Positions 8,437 to 17,719 of a stretch of 64,000 nucleotides of DNA are shown here, piece by piece (the stretch's first letter is position 1; every line of letters starts with the position of its first letter). A program made the position numbers and the translations under genes. This DNA is from Candidatus Eiseniibacteriota bacterium (GTDB lineage: Bacteria > Eisenbacteria > RBG-16-71-46 > CAZAMP01), in contig OZ245046.1 of assembly GCA_965224245.1 (NCBI GenBank), positions 2,272,001 through 2,336,000 of the forward strand, read 5' to 3'. The notes under the pieces are model-generated. The model did no database searches and was not told where the DNA came from. It was given only the letters and a program-made list of their open reading frames with translations.

Positions 8437-9630
8437 TCAGCGCACCTCGACGAAGAGGGCGAAGAGGTACTCGGTCTCCGGCATTGCGGGGAGCACGGGA
8501 TGGTCGGCCGCCTGGCGCGTCTCGGCCACGAGCCGGAGCTCACGCCCCAGCTTGGCGCCGCCGGCGCCCACCGCGGACAGGAGGTCGGCACGGGTCAGAT
8601 GGTGAGAGCACGTGCAGGCGATCAACAGTCCTCCGGGCCGGACGCGCACGAGGGCGTCCCGGCAGAGGCGTGTCATCGCGCGGAGCGCCGATGCCCGGGC
8701 GCGACGGTTTCGGGCCAGGGGCGGCGGGTCCAGGACCACCACGTCGAACCGGGACGCCTCCTCGCCCGGCACGGCGCCCGCCCCCAGGAGCTCGGCATGC
8801 TCGAAGCGACAGGCCGCCGCGACGCCGCCGGCGTCGGCGTTGCGCCGTGCGATCTCCAGCGCGCCCGGTGACCGATCCCGGCCGACGACCGATGCTCCGT
8901 GCCGCGCGGCCTCGAGTGCGAACGCGCCAGTGTAGCAAAAGAGATCCAGCACCCGTCCACCGTCGATCCACGCCCCGAGCGTGGCCCGCGTGTCTCGCTG
9001 GTCGTAGAAGTAGCCCGTCTTCTGTCCACCGAGCACGTCGACCTCCAGCTCGAGATCGCGCTCGCGGGCGATCACGCGGCCCGGCAACGTGCCGATCGCC
9101 ATGCGTCGTTCGGCCCCGAGGCCCTCCAGCGCGCGAAACGGCGAGTCGTTCGCCAGGACCACCGTATCCACCCCGGTCACGTCGACCACGAGCCGGCAGA
9201 ACGCGGCCTCCAGACGCGCCGCGCCCGCGGTCAGCGTCTGAACGACGGCCACGTCACCGTATCGATCCACGACGAAGCCCGGCAGGCCGTCGCTCTCGCC
9301 GTAGACGAGCCGTCCGAAGCGCACGTCGTCCAGCACCCGCTCGCGATAGGCGATCGCGTCGCGGAGTCGGGTGCGCAGAAACGCGTCGTCCGGGTCGGCG
9401 TCGGCGCCGAGGAGGCGGGCGGCGATGAGGGCGTGAGGGTTGACGGTGGCGGTGCCGAAGCCGCGTCCACGGGGATCGACGATCGTGCAGACGTCACCGG
9501 GGGCGATCGCCGCGAGGTCGGAGGTGACGTCGCTCGAGAACACCCACAGGTGCCCGCGGGCGAGCCGTGACGCACATCGGGCCGACACCGACACCCGTCC
9601 GCGGGTGCGTCGCCCGGTCGAGACAGTCAC
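8437..9630 (-). CDS. rlmI: Class I SAM-dependent rRNA methyltransferase, RlmI family
   Basis: N-terminal PUA (GHLWVF), GESDGLPG, GQKTGYFYDQR, VLDLFCYTG, LDPP, CTCS. Confidence 0.85.
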   Translation of the reverse strand: MTVSTGRRTRGRVSVSARCASRLARGHLWVFSSDVTSDLAAIAPGDVCTIVDPRGRGFGTATVNPHALIAARLLGADADPDDAFLRTRLRDAIAYRERVLDDVRFGRLVYGESDGLPGFVVDRYGDVAVVQTLTAGAARLEAAFCRLVVDVTGVDTVVLANDSPFRALEGLGAERRMAIGTLPGRVIARERDLELEVDVLGGQKTGYFYDQRDTRATLGAWIDGGRVLDLFCYTGAFALEAARHGASVVGRDRSPGALEIARRNADAGGVAAACRFEHAELLGAGAVPGEEASRFDVVVLDPPPLARNRRARASALRAMTRLCRDALVRVRPGGLLIACTCSHHLTRADLLSAVGAGGAKLGRELRLVAETRQAADHPVLPAMPETEYLFALFVEVR

Positions 9631-9681
9631 TCGTCACTCCTGCCCCGGCCCCGCGAGGCGAGACCCGTTCCAGCGAGATCG

Positions 9682-9724
9682 AAAAACGGCGCGGCGCGGG
9701 GCCGAGGGCGCCCGCACCGCGCCG
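9682..9724 (-). terminator. Rho-independent terminator after the 13881-9747 operon
   Basis: 14-bp GC stem followed by TTTTT on the minus strand. Confidence 0.75.
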
Positions 9725-9746
9725 GTACGTGTCGCGATCCGATCGC

Positions 9747-10367
9747 CTAGTTCACGGGCGTGAGGCGATAGATCTCGATCAGGCCGGTCTCACCCGGCGA
9801 GTAGAGCTCCAGCGCATCGGCGATGAGCCCGTCCACGCCGGCGATGGTGGCCAGCTGCACCGTCGGCCCGCCCTCGGCCAGCGCACCCGCGACCGCGGCC
9901 TCGCCCAGGGGCTCGATCCCGATCTCGCGAGCGGCCTCCAACTCGGCCAGACCGCGCGTCTCGTCCACGCGCTCGGGCAGCTCGTAGGAGCCGAAGAAGA
10001 CCAGGTCCCGGGCCAGGTCGACGGCGCCCGGCACCACGACGACCATGCGGCCGGACTCGACCCCCACGTTCGTCTGCTGCGCCGGATAGCGCCCCACGTA
10101 GAGCACGGGGCTCCAGCCCTGTCTCGGCTGGGCGAGCTCGGGGTCGACGTCGAACACGAGCACGTATCCCGACTGGAACTGCTCGCGATCGGCCGTCCAG
10201 TCGTACGTGAACGGCTCGTCGACCTCGAACGCGCGCGCGTAGACGAGGCCCTTCACCGACGTCCCGTCGTCGACGGGCTGGATCGGAACCTCGTCGCCGA
10301 ACGCCGCGGTGACCAGCGTCACCGCCGCGAGCGCTCCGAGGACTCCGGAAACGGTTCGTGTCTTCAT
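9747..10367 (-). CDS. Secreted hypothetical protein
   Basis: Signal peptide (MKTRTVSGVLGALAAVTLVTAAFG), AAGGA RBS, typical codon usage. Confidence 0.85.
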   Translation of the reverse strand: MKTRTVSGVLGALAAVTLVTAAFGDEVPIQPVDDGTSVKGLVYARAFEVDEPFTYDWTADREQFQSGYVLVFDVDPELAQPRQGWSPVLYVGRYPAQQTNVGVESGRMVVVVPGAVDLARDLVFFGSYELPERVDETRGLAELEAAREIGIEPLGEAAVAGALAEGGPTVQLATIAGVDGLIADALELYSPGETGLIEIYRLTPVN

Positions 10368-10425
10368 GATCTATCCGTCCTTTTCGTCGACCGGGTCGAC
10401 GTTTGCACTCTCGGACTCGGCTCCA

Positions 10426-13095
10426 CTACTCGGCCGTGAACTGAACGTCGTCGATCCCGATCCGCCCCCGGTCGGAGCCGAACGCGGCGCCGAACTCGAG
10501 GCGCACGGCCACGACGTCCGACAGGTCGATCCCCGAACCGTTCGTCTCGAACTCGGAGACGCGGGCACGCACGGTGTTCATCTCGTTGAGCCATCCGCCC
10601 GAGCGCTGGAACAGCGGCGTCAGGTGACCCCACCCACCGAAGTGGATGGAGCTGGACGTCCCGCTTCCGTCGCGAAGCGTGACGCTGAACGAGTGATAGT
10701 CGTCGAGCGCGACCGTCTCGGGGTGGTGGGTCTGCTGGCACGCCCGGAACGAGACGAACGCCATGTCACGCACGTCGCGTGCGCCCGGCACGACCTCGTA
10801 CTCCACGTAACGCGTCTGACCCACGGTGTAGTCCCAGATCGCGCCGAACGCGATGTCACCGCCTCCCGAGTGGTACGTCATGCCGTTCATCGGGTCGGAC
10901 TCCAGCCACCCGTACGTCGAGTCGGCGTCGCCGAGGATGCCCTCGAACAGGTTCGACACGTCGTACGTGACGGTCCCGCCGGAGCTGCTCGTGCCGTCGG
11001 CCGGCTGCGTCTCGTAGTCGTCGATGACGAAGTTCGCCGCCGTCGCGCGCTCGGTGTACGTGAGCGCCACGATCGCCGTCGGAAGGACTCCGATCGGCTT
11101 CAGGTCGTCGTACATCCGGGTCAGGTACTCCTTGACCGCCGGACTGTCGTTTCCGTACGTCTCGGCCAGCGCGAGGTAGTACGACCGCGCGATCTTCTGC
11201 GCCTCGTCACGACCGATCTGATCCGCGGGGGGGCCGGTGTAGTCGTTGAAGCCGCAGCAGTTGTAGTCGTTGTGATCGGTGCCGTGTACGTACATCGTCA
11301 TCGCCGTGGCTTCGGCCCGGTCGTGGAGCCGGAAGTACTGGCAGACCGCGCAGTTCGCGGCCCCCGAGACGTCGCCGTCACCCGCGGCCCCGATCACGTG
11401 ATACGTGACGTCGTGGGGGTCGGAGACGCCCGCGGTCAGGAAGACCGTCGGCGCGATGCTCGAGACCAGAACGATCTGCGAGATGTCGAAGTTCGGGTAC
11501 GTCTCCCCGTCGAAGAGTCGGTCGTACGCGCGCACGACGCCCTCGCCGCCTCGGCTGTGGCCCGACCAGATGACTCGGTCCAGGTTCACGTTGCCGTCGA
11601 GCGCACCGCCGGCGATCGTGCCGAGGTTGCCCAGGAGGTAGTTCGTGTTCGTGAGCGTCGTCGTCGACGCCGTCTCGATGCCCGGCCCGGTGTTGTTCTG
11701 GTGGCTCATGAACACGAACCCGTGCGACGCGTAGTGCGTGCCCAGGTAGTCGTACCAGGTGTACTGGTGGCCGTTGCCGTGGCTCATGATGATGATCGGC
11801 ACGTTGGTCAGATCGCCGGTGCCGATCTCGGACGGGTAGAACAGGTTCTGGCCCAGCCAGGTACCGCCCGAGTACGTCGACTCGACAGGCGTGTAGGGCC
11901 CGGCCGCCGTGAGGTCCTTGACCACGTAGGCGCCGGCCTCCTCGCCGAAGGAGAGCCCATCGATGATGTCGCCCGCGTCCAGGGTTCCGTCCATGCCGAA
12001 GTCGTAGACGATGTCGTACGACTTGTGGATCAGCGGACCGGAGTCGAGCCCGGCGGCCCACAGCGTCACGATGTTGGCCTGCGTCGAGGCGTCCGAGAAC
12101 GTCGCCGTCTCGAAGCCGCCGGTGACGTCGGCGAGCGTGTTGTCGCCCGCCCAGCCGGCCGCGGTCTTGTGCTCGACCACGTACGCGCGGTACTGGAGGC
12201 CGTCCCGCTCGGCGTGACGCGGTCCGTCGAGCGCGCCCCGGATCTGGTCGTTCGAGTTGAACGAGTCCACGTAGTGGAAGTTCGGGTACTCGCCGATGAT
12301 CTCGCCCCCGATCCCCGGGAACGGGCCCACCCGCACGAGCACCGCGTCGGTGGTCGGCGTGCCGCGGCCCGCCGAGGCCGTGTAGCTGGCCGTGATCGTG
12401 GACGTGCCGTGATTCACCGCGTTCACGTAGAACGTGACCGGCAGCTCGCTGACGTCGTACGTCGCGGGCTGCGCGATCGCGACGCCCGACGGCGTGAAGA
12501 ACTGTAGCGAGGCGTCACCGGCGGACTCCACGCTCATCGTGCCGCTGCCCAGCGACGCGTCCTTGTCCAGCGTGAACGGACGCATGTGGAACTTGAGCTG
12601 CTGGAAGTTGAGCTGCGAGACGATGGAGATGTTGGGCTGCATGAAGATGCCGACCGACTCCTCGGTGTCGTCGTCCGAGAACGCGGCGTCGAGACGCGGC
12701 TGCGTCAAGCAGTCGGACACCTCGACCACGATCTGGTCGGTGCACGAGCCGCAGTTGGCCTCGAGCACATACGTTCCCGGCGTCGGAATGGACAGGTCGA
12801 TCGACTCGCCGGTGCCGACCGGGCTCCCGTCGAGGAGCCAGGTCGGATCGAAGTCCGAGCGCTCGTAGCCGTCCGCACAGGTGACGACGGCCGAGTACGT
12901 GCGGGTCTGGCCCGCGCACACGGTGATGTCGGATCCATCGATGTCGATCGTGCAGATCGCTCCCCGAAGGATGAGCGAATCGTAGATCTCGGTGGCCTGG
13001 TTCTCGGCGTGCGAGGTGGCCACCATCGCACCGACGATCAGCGCCCCGGTCGCGAGGCTGAACCGTCGGCGTCGAGTCAACAAGTGGTTGAACAC
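10426..13095 (-). CDS. Large secreted alpha/beta-hydrolase with N-terminal Ig/PKD-like domains and a C-terminal beta-sandwich
   Basis: Signal peptide; HGNG, YDYLG...ASHGF, nucleophile GHSRGG, GDGDV, HGTDHN. Confidence 0.8.
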   Translation of the reverse strand: MFNHLLTRRRRFSLATGALIVGAMVATSHAENQATEIYDSLILRGAICTIDIDGSDITVCAGQTRTYSAVVTCADGYERSDFDPTWLLDGSPVGTGESIDLSIPTPGTYVLEANCGSCTDQIVVEVSDCLTQPRLDAAFSDDDTEESVGIFMQPNISIVSQLNFQQLKFHMRPFTLDKDASLGSGTMSVESAGDASLQFFTPSGVAIAQPATYDVSELPVTFYVNAVNHGTSTITASYTASAGRGTPTTDAVLVRVGPFPGIGGEIIGEYPNFHYVDSFNSNDQIRGALDGPRHAERDGLQYRAYVVEHKTAAGWAGDNTLADVTGGFETATFSDASTQANIVTLWAAGLDSGPLIHKSYDIVYDFGMDGTLDAGDIIDGLSFGEEAGAYVVKDLTAAGPYTPVESTYSGGTWLGQNLFYPSEIGTGDLTNVPIIIMSHGNGHQYTWYDYLGTHYASHGFVFMSHQNNTGPGIETASTTTLTNTNYLLGNLGTIAGGALDGNVNLDRVIWSGHSRGGEGVVRAYDRLFDGETYPNFDISQIVLVSSIAPTVFLTAGVSDPHDVTYHVIGAAGDGDVSGAANCAVCQYFRLHDRAEATAMTMYVHGTDHNDYNCCGFNDYTGPPADQIGRDEAQKIARSYYLALAETYGNDSPAVKEYLTRMYDDLKPIGVLPTAIVALTYTERATAANFVIDDYETQPADGTSSSGGTVTYDVSNLFEGILGDADSTYGWLESDPMNGMTYHSGGGDIAFGAIWDYTVGQTRYVEYEVVPGARDVRDMAFVSFRACQQTHHPETVALDDYHSFSVTLRDGSGTSSSIHFGGWGHLTPLFQRSGGWLNEMNTVRARVSEFETNGSGIDLSDVVAVRLEFGAAFGSDRGRIGIDDVQFTAE

Positions 13096-13113
13096 GTCAG
13101 TCTCCCCCAGTGC

Positions 13114-13881
13114 CTATGGCAGCCGCTGCATCTTGCGTGTTTCGTTCCAGGTTCCCGAGCTCACACGATAGAAGTACGTGCCGGGAGAAACGTCCTTGCC
13201 GATCTCGTTCTTGCCGTCCCACGTGATGCGGTGGAAGCCACCGCCCAGACGGGGCGTCGTGAACGAGCGGATCTGGCGGCCCTGAATGTCGAAGATCGTC
13301 AGCTCGACCACACCCCCCTCGACCGGCAGGCCGAAGACGATGCTGGTGAGCGGTCGGAACGGGTTCGGAGTGTTGCCGACCAGTCGGTGCGCGGCCGGCG
13401 TGGAGCCGAGCTCGTCGACACCGATGATCTCCATGCAGCACTCGTCGATGCCGAACGCACGCTGAACCGGATCCACGGCAGGAAACACCGTCAGCGCGAT
13501 CATCCGGTGGCCCTCGAAGACCACCGCGCCATCCTCCAGCGTGCCCGTGACCTGGACGCGGGCGTGTCCCTTCTGCCCGAGCGCCACGTCGCCCACGTCG
13601 AAGCGGACCATGACGTCGGTGACCGCACCGGACGAGACCACGACATCGGTGACGTCTACCCAGTCGGGAACGTCGGTGACCTCGGCCCCGATGGTCACCC
13701 CATCGGTCAGGCCGGCCCGGTCGTCGAGCTGTACATGAATGACGTTGTCACTGGTCGCGGGAGCGACCTCGTACGCGAGCGCCGAACTCGTCGCGAGCGC
13801 GGCGATCACGAATCCGATGGCGATCGGACCGTGGGCACCGTCCCACAAGCGTGCACGGGCATTCCTTCTCAACGAAGACAC
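13114..13881 (-). CDS. Secreted protein with C-terminal FlgD-Ig/T9SS-like domain
   Basis: GTG start after GGAGG; signal peptide ending ALA; PNPFRPLTSI...IFDIQGRQIR...WDGKNEIGKDVSPGTYFYR. Confidence 0.85.
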   Translation of the reverse strand: MSSLRRNARARLWDGAHGPIAIGFVIAALATSSALAYEVAPATSDNVIHVQLDDRAGLTDGVTIGAEVTDVPDWVDVTDVVVSSGAVTDVMVRFDVGDVALGQKGHARVQVTGTLEDGAVVFEGHRMIALTVFPAVDPVQRAFGIDECCMEIIGVDELGSTPAAHRLVGNTPNPFRPLTSIVFGLPVEGGVVELTIFDIQGRQIRSFTTPRLGGGFHRITWDGKNEIGKDVSPGTYFYRVSSGTWNETRKMQRLP

Positions 13882-13985
13882 CGAGACGCCTCCTCTGTAG
13901 CAGTTGTGTCGTTCGGATGCAGCGCATGGGGGGGCGCCGGCCGAAGACTCGGGTGATGTCCAGGCTGCTTTCGGACTCAAACACG

Positions 13986-14001
13986 ACGCTCAAGTTTAGC
14001 A
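13986..14001 (-). promoter_or_regulatory. Extended -10 promoter (TGcTAAACT) within a shared TAAACTTRAGCGT motif
   Basis: Minus strand TGCTAAACTTGAGCGT, about 105 nt upstream of the 13881 start. Confidence 0.5.
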
Positions 14002-14060
14002 CGGCACGGGGCTGGCGTCGCCACCGTTCGACGCCCGCAACCCGTTCTCTCCGAGCGGGA

Positions 14061-15617
14061 TCAGACCCCGGGGGGCGGCGCGGCGGTCGGCGGCGGCGTG
14101 GTGCCGGCGTTCTCCGAATCGGCGGCGGTCCCGGGTGCCCCCTCCGAGGTCGTTTCGGGGTCTTCCCGCTCGTCACGCAGCGACGGGAAGAACACCACGT
14201 CGCGCAGCGACTCCACGCCGGTCAGGATCGCCACGAAGCGATCGATCCCGAGCCCGAGGCCCGAGATCGGCGGCATCCCGTACTCCATGCACTCGATGTA
14301 GTCCTCTTCCATCATCATCGTTTCGTCGTCGCCGCCCTCGCGGTATGCCTGCTGCTCGAGCATGCGCGCGTGCTGCTCGATCGGGTCGACGAGCTCGGAG
14401 TAGGCCTTGACCATCTCCCAGCTGTTCACCAGGACCTGGAACATGTCGAGGATGCGGGGATTCGCATCGTTTCGACGCGCGAGCGGGACCAGCTCGGACG
14501 GATGATGGACGAGGAAGCACGGCTGGATCAGCGAGGGACGCACCGTCTTCTTGTAGAGCGCATCGACGAGCGATGGATAGGACGGATAGGTCTCGACGTC
14601 GATCTCGGGCACGCTGGCCTTCACCGCCGAGGCCAGGGACTCGAGCGTGTCGTGGCTCGCGAGATCGACCGACGTCGCATCGCGGACGGCGGTGACGTAG
14701 TCCACCTCGGGCCAGTCCCCGCCGAAGTCGAGGTCGACTCCCTGGTAGGTCAGCGTGGTGCCCCCGGCGAACTCGGTCACGAGAGACTGGATCAGGTCGC
14801 GGACGACGCGCATGTTGTCGCGGTAGCTCCAGTACGCGGCGTACCACTCGAGCATGGTGAACTCCTGCAGGTGCGAGGGATCGATCCCCTCATTGCGGAA
14901 GTTCTTGCCGATCTCGTAGACCCGTTCGAGGCCACCGACCACGAGGCGCTTGAGGTACGTCTCGGGCGAGATCCGGAGAAAGAGATCCCGATCCAGGGCG
15001 TTGTGGTGGGTCACGAACGGCCGGGCGGCCGCGCCCGAGGAGGCCGCCTGGAGGATGGGCGTCTCCACCTCCATGAATCCCGCGTCGTCGAGGTAGCGCC
15101 GGATGAACTGGACCACACGCGAGCGCGTCACGAAGCGCTCCCGAGAGTCCGCGTTCGCGATCAGGTCCAGGTAGCGCTGGCGGGCCCGCAGCTCGCGGTC
15201 GGACAGGCCGTGCCACTTCTCGGGCAGGGGGCGCAGCCCCTTGGCCAGGAAGGTCAGCGCGTTCGCGCGGACGGTCCGCTCGCCCTTGCGCGTCGTCCAG
15301 AGCTCGCCCTCGATCCCGACGAAGTCGCCGACGTCCAGGAGCTTTCCCGCCACCTCGAACGACACGGCGTCCAGCACCGCCTTCTCGAAGCTGACCTGCG
15401 CGCGACCGGAGCGATCCATGAGATGCGCGAAGATCAGCTTGCCGAAGCTGCGGTGGGAGACCAGCCGCCCCGCGACCCGGCAGGGCGCCTCGTCGTCGAG
15501 CGCAACGGCATCGGTGAGCGTGTGGGTGGTCTCGAAGCGCTCCGCGTAGGGGACGATGCCGAGCTCTCGTAGCCTCGCGATCTTGTCTCGTCTGATCTGC
15601 CGGTAGTCGGTGCTCAC
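14061..15617 (-). CDS. lysS: Lysine--tRNA ligase (class II)
   Basis: PLPEKWHGL, RQRYLDLI, ARPFVTHHN, FRNEGID...EFTMLE, YGMPPISGLGLGIDR; GTG start after AGGAG. Confidence 0.97.
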   Translation of the reverse strand: MSTDYRQIRRDKIARLRELGIVPYAERFETTHTLTDAVALDDEAPCRVAGRLVSHRSFGKLIFAHLMDRSGRAQVSFEKAVLDAVSFEVAGKLLDVGDFVGIEGELWTTRKGERTVRANALTFLAKGLRPLPEKWHGLSDRELRARQRYLDLIANADSRERFVTRSRVVQFIRRYLDDAGFMEVETPILQAASSGAAARPFVTHHNALDRDLFLRISPETYLKRLVVGGLERVYEIGKNFRNEGIDPSHLQEFTMLEWYAAYWSYRDNMRVVRDLIQSLVTEFAGGTTLTYQGVDLDFGGDWPEVDYVTAVRDATSVDLASHDTLESLASAVKASVPEIDVETYPSYPSLVDALYKKTVRPSLIQPCFLVHHPSELVPLARRNDANPRILDMFQVLVNSWEMVKAYSELVDPIEQHARMLEQQAYREGGDDETMMMEEDYIECMEYGMPPISGLGLGIDRFVAILTGVESLRDVVFFPSLRDEREDPETTSEGAPGTAADSENAGTTPPPTAAPPPGV

Positions 15618-15837
15618 GCGTCGACGCTCCTGGCATCGGGTCGCCGCTGGATGCGATCGCGCGAGGAGGCTCCGGGGGTCACGCGGGCCGACACGGTCGC
15701 ATCGGATCGGCGGAGAGAGTAGGCGAGGCGGGCGGCGCACGCAATCGCCGCCCATGCGACCGCCCGGGCGCCCCGGACGGACGCGAGGCCACGCATCGCC
15801 ACGCCGGAACGATCGCCACGGGCGAAACGGCAGGGAC

Positions 15838-15873
15838 GAGAAAGAGGGGCCGCGGTCTCACCGCAGCCCCTCT
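15838..15873 (-). terminator. Rho-independent terminator
   Basis: Minus strand AGAGGGGCTGCGGT-GAG-ACCGCGGCCCCTCT followed by TTCTC. Confidence 0.7.
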
Positions 15874-15941
15874 GCAACGTCAGCTCGAAACGCGCGTCCC
15901 GGCCCCACGTCGGGGCGCCGACGCGCGATCGCGTGTCGACT

Positions 15942-16520
15942 CTACGGGCAGACCGCCAGGAAGTCGTTCTGGAAGATGACGAAGTCACCCAGCTCGACGA
16001 AGTCGTTGCACGCATCGAAGTCGAAGCACGTGTCGGCGGTCAGGAACGCCGTCTGGAACAGCACGAAGTCACCGAGGCCGGTCAGGCCGTCGTACGGCGA
16101 GTCCGCGTCGGTGGACGCGATCGAGCCGTACGTGTTCAGGACGACCGAGCCGGGGTCGGCCTCGAGGACTCCCACCGCGGCGCTGATGCAGCAGCCGCTG
16201 AGGAACACCTCGAGCGTGACCTGGCCGGACGCATCCGTCGTCCCGGAGATGACCGGGTACGCCTGCCCCGGGCAGGCCTGGATCAGGGCACCGCACGCCG
16301 CACTGTCGAGGATGAGACGCACTTCCTCCGAGTCGATCGGAAGACCGTTCGTCCCGATCACGGTGACCTGGAGACCGGTGCCGAGCGTACCGTCCGGGGA
16401 CGTCCGGAGACAGCCGGGGGTCGAGCTCGCGCCTGGATCGGGAATGATCGCGTGTGAGGACGCCACTGCGAGTGCACACATGGCCCCGGCAAGGAGTCCG
16501 CTCCGTAGGACGTTGTTCAT
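15942..16520 (-). CDS. Secreted Cys-rich protein with an Ig-like domain and a dockerin/EF-hand-like duplicated C-terminus
   Basis: Signal peptide; TTDASGQVT Ig-like motif; repeats LGDFVLFQTAFL and LGDFVIFQNDFL; 8 Cys in the mature part; has its own promoter and terminator. Confidence 0.8.
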   Translation of the reverse strand: MNNVLRSGLLAGAMCALAVASSHAIIPDPGASSTPGCLRTSPDGTLGTGLQVTVIGTNGLPIDSEEVRLILDSAACGALIQACPGQAYPVISGTTDASGQVTLEVFLSGCCISAAVGVLEADPGSVVLNTYGSIASTDADSPYDGLTGLGDFVLFQTAFLTADTCFDFDACNDFVELGDFVIFQNDFLAVCP

Positions 16521-16658
16521 GCTTCGGTTACCCTCCATTACGACAGCGTCGCGGACCGAAAGACACTCTTCGCCAGCGCTGAGCGCATCCTCCGCCAGGT
16601 CCTGCCATACCCAGGATCAAAGATGCATCCACCGGCTCGTAGTTGTTTACAGCAGACC

Positions 16659-16693
16659 ACGCTTAAGTTTACACCACTTCCCGATTCCTGCAA
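16659..16693 (-). promoter_or_regulatory. Sigma70-like promoter TTGCAG-N16-TAAACT
   Basis: Read on the minus strand upstream of 16520; shares TAAACTTRAGCGT with 13986-13998. Confidence 0.5.
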
Positions 16694-17068
16694 GCGGATT
16701 TGGCCGATCCGATCCGGCCGGCAACGGGAAGCGCCGTGCCCTCGCGGGCCGCCTTACCTTACTAACGCGTAGCGGAGCGGAACCGAACGCAACCCGCTCC
16801 CCCTTTTTTCTGATGGGTCACCCGTGACGATAGCATCAAATGAACGCTCCATCCACATCCTGGTCATTTTTGTACCTACGACCCACCCAGGTTCATTCCA
16901 CACGTACGGTGGACCGGCGAGGACCCTCCACCTTTGGGTACCGGGGAGCGCCGGAATCGCCTAAACTCCGCCGGCGGTCCCGGCCCGAGATCGTGAGCGA
17001 CCCAGGAGAGCCCAAAGGCGCCCGGCGCCGCGATGCGTCGGGGTCCCCGTGCATGGAGGACGATGGCG

Positions 17069-17719
17069 ATGTGGTGCGATTCCGGTCTCGTGCGGCGAGC
17101 GGCCCTGTCGGCGACCGTGGTGCTGATGATCGCGAGCAGCGGCTGCATCCTCAGCTCGGACGACGAGAAGAAGAAGTCGAACGACGGAGGGTTCCGGTAC
17201 CTGCCGCGCACCTCGCCCGAGAACGTGCTCGATAACCTCGCGTCGGCGTATCGCAACCGCGACGTGGACGCATACGTCGATCAGCTGGATCCGGACTTCC
17301 TCTTCGAGGCGAGCGCGGCGGACCACGAGATCGACTTCGATTACCTGAGCTACGACCAGGACGTCACCGCCACCGCGAACATGTTCGAGAACGTGGACGC
17401 CATCCACATCACCCTCGATCACGACGGGGCCGTGCCCTCGGACCGCGCGACGTACCCGCCCGAAGAGGGCTACATGAAGATCCTCGTGCCGGCCGTCCGC
17501 ATCGACGTGCTGAGCCGGATCCGGGACGAGGCGTCCGGAGAGCTCATCACGTTCCGCATCAGCGGCGACCCGGCCGTGTTCATCTTCGGGCCGGATCCGT
17601 CGAAGGCCCCCGTCGAGTACCGGCTCGTCTATCAGCAAGACCTCTTCACCGGGCGGCTCGCCGGCCACGGGGCCGGTGATCTCGCCGCCTCGGCGTCAGT
17701 CGCGGGAGGGCTCCGCTAG
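17069..17719 (+). CDS. Lipoprotein, possibly NTF2/SnoaL-like fold
   Basis: GGAGGA RBS; lipobox-like SSGC; SPENVLDNLASAYRNRDVDAYVDQLDPDFLF. Confidence 0.75.
   Translation: MWCDSGLVRRAALSATVVLMIASSGCILSSDDEKKKSNDGGFRYLPRTSPENVLDNLASAYRNRDVDAYVDQLDPDFLFEASAADHEIDFDYLSYDQDVTATANMFENVDAIHITLDHDGAVPSDRATYPPEEGYMKILVPAVRIDVLSRIRDEASGELITFRISGDPAVFIFGPDPSKAPVEYRLVYQQDLFTGRLAGHGAGDLAASASVAGGLR

Noticed and set aside
16774-16809. Terminator-like hairpin with T6 on the + strand in the 16521-17068 spacer
   Set aside because: Short stem, 13-nt loop and a 3-nt gap before the T-run, with no clear upstream transcript; too weak to call.
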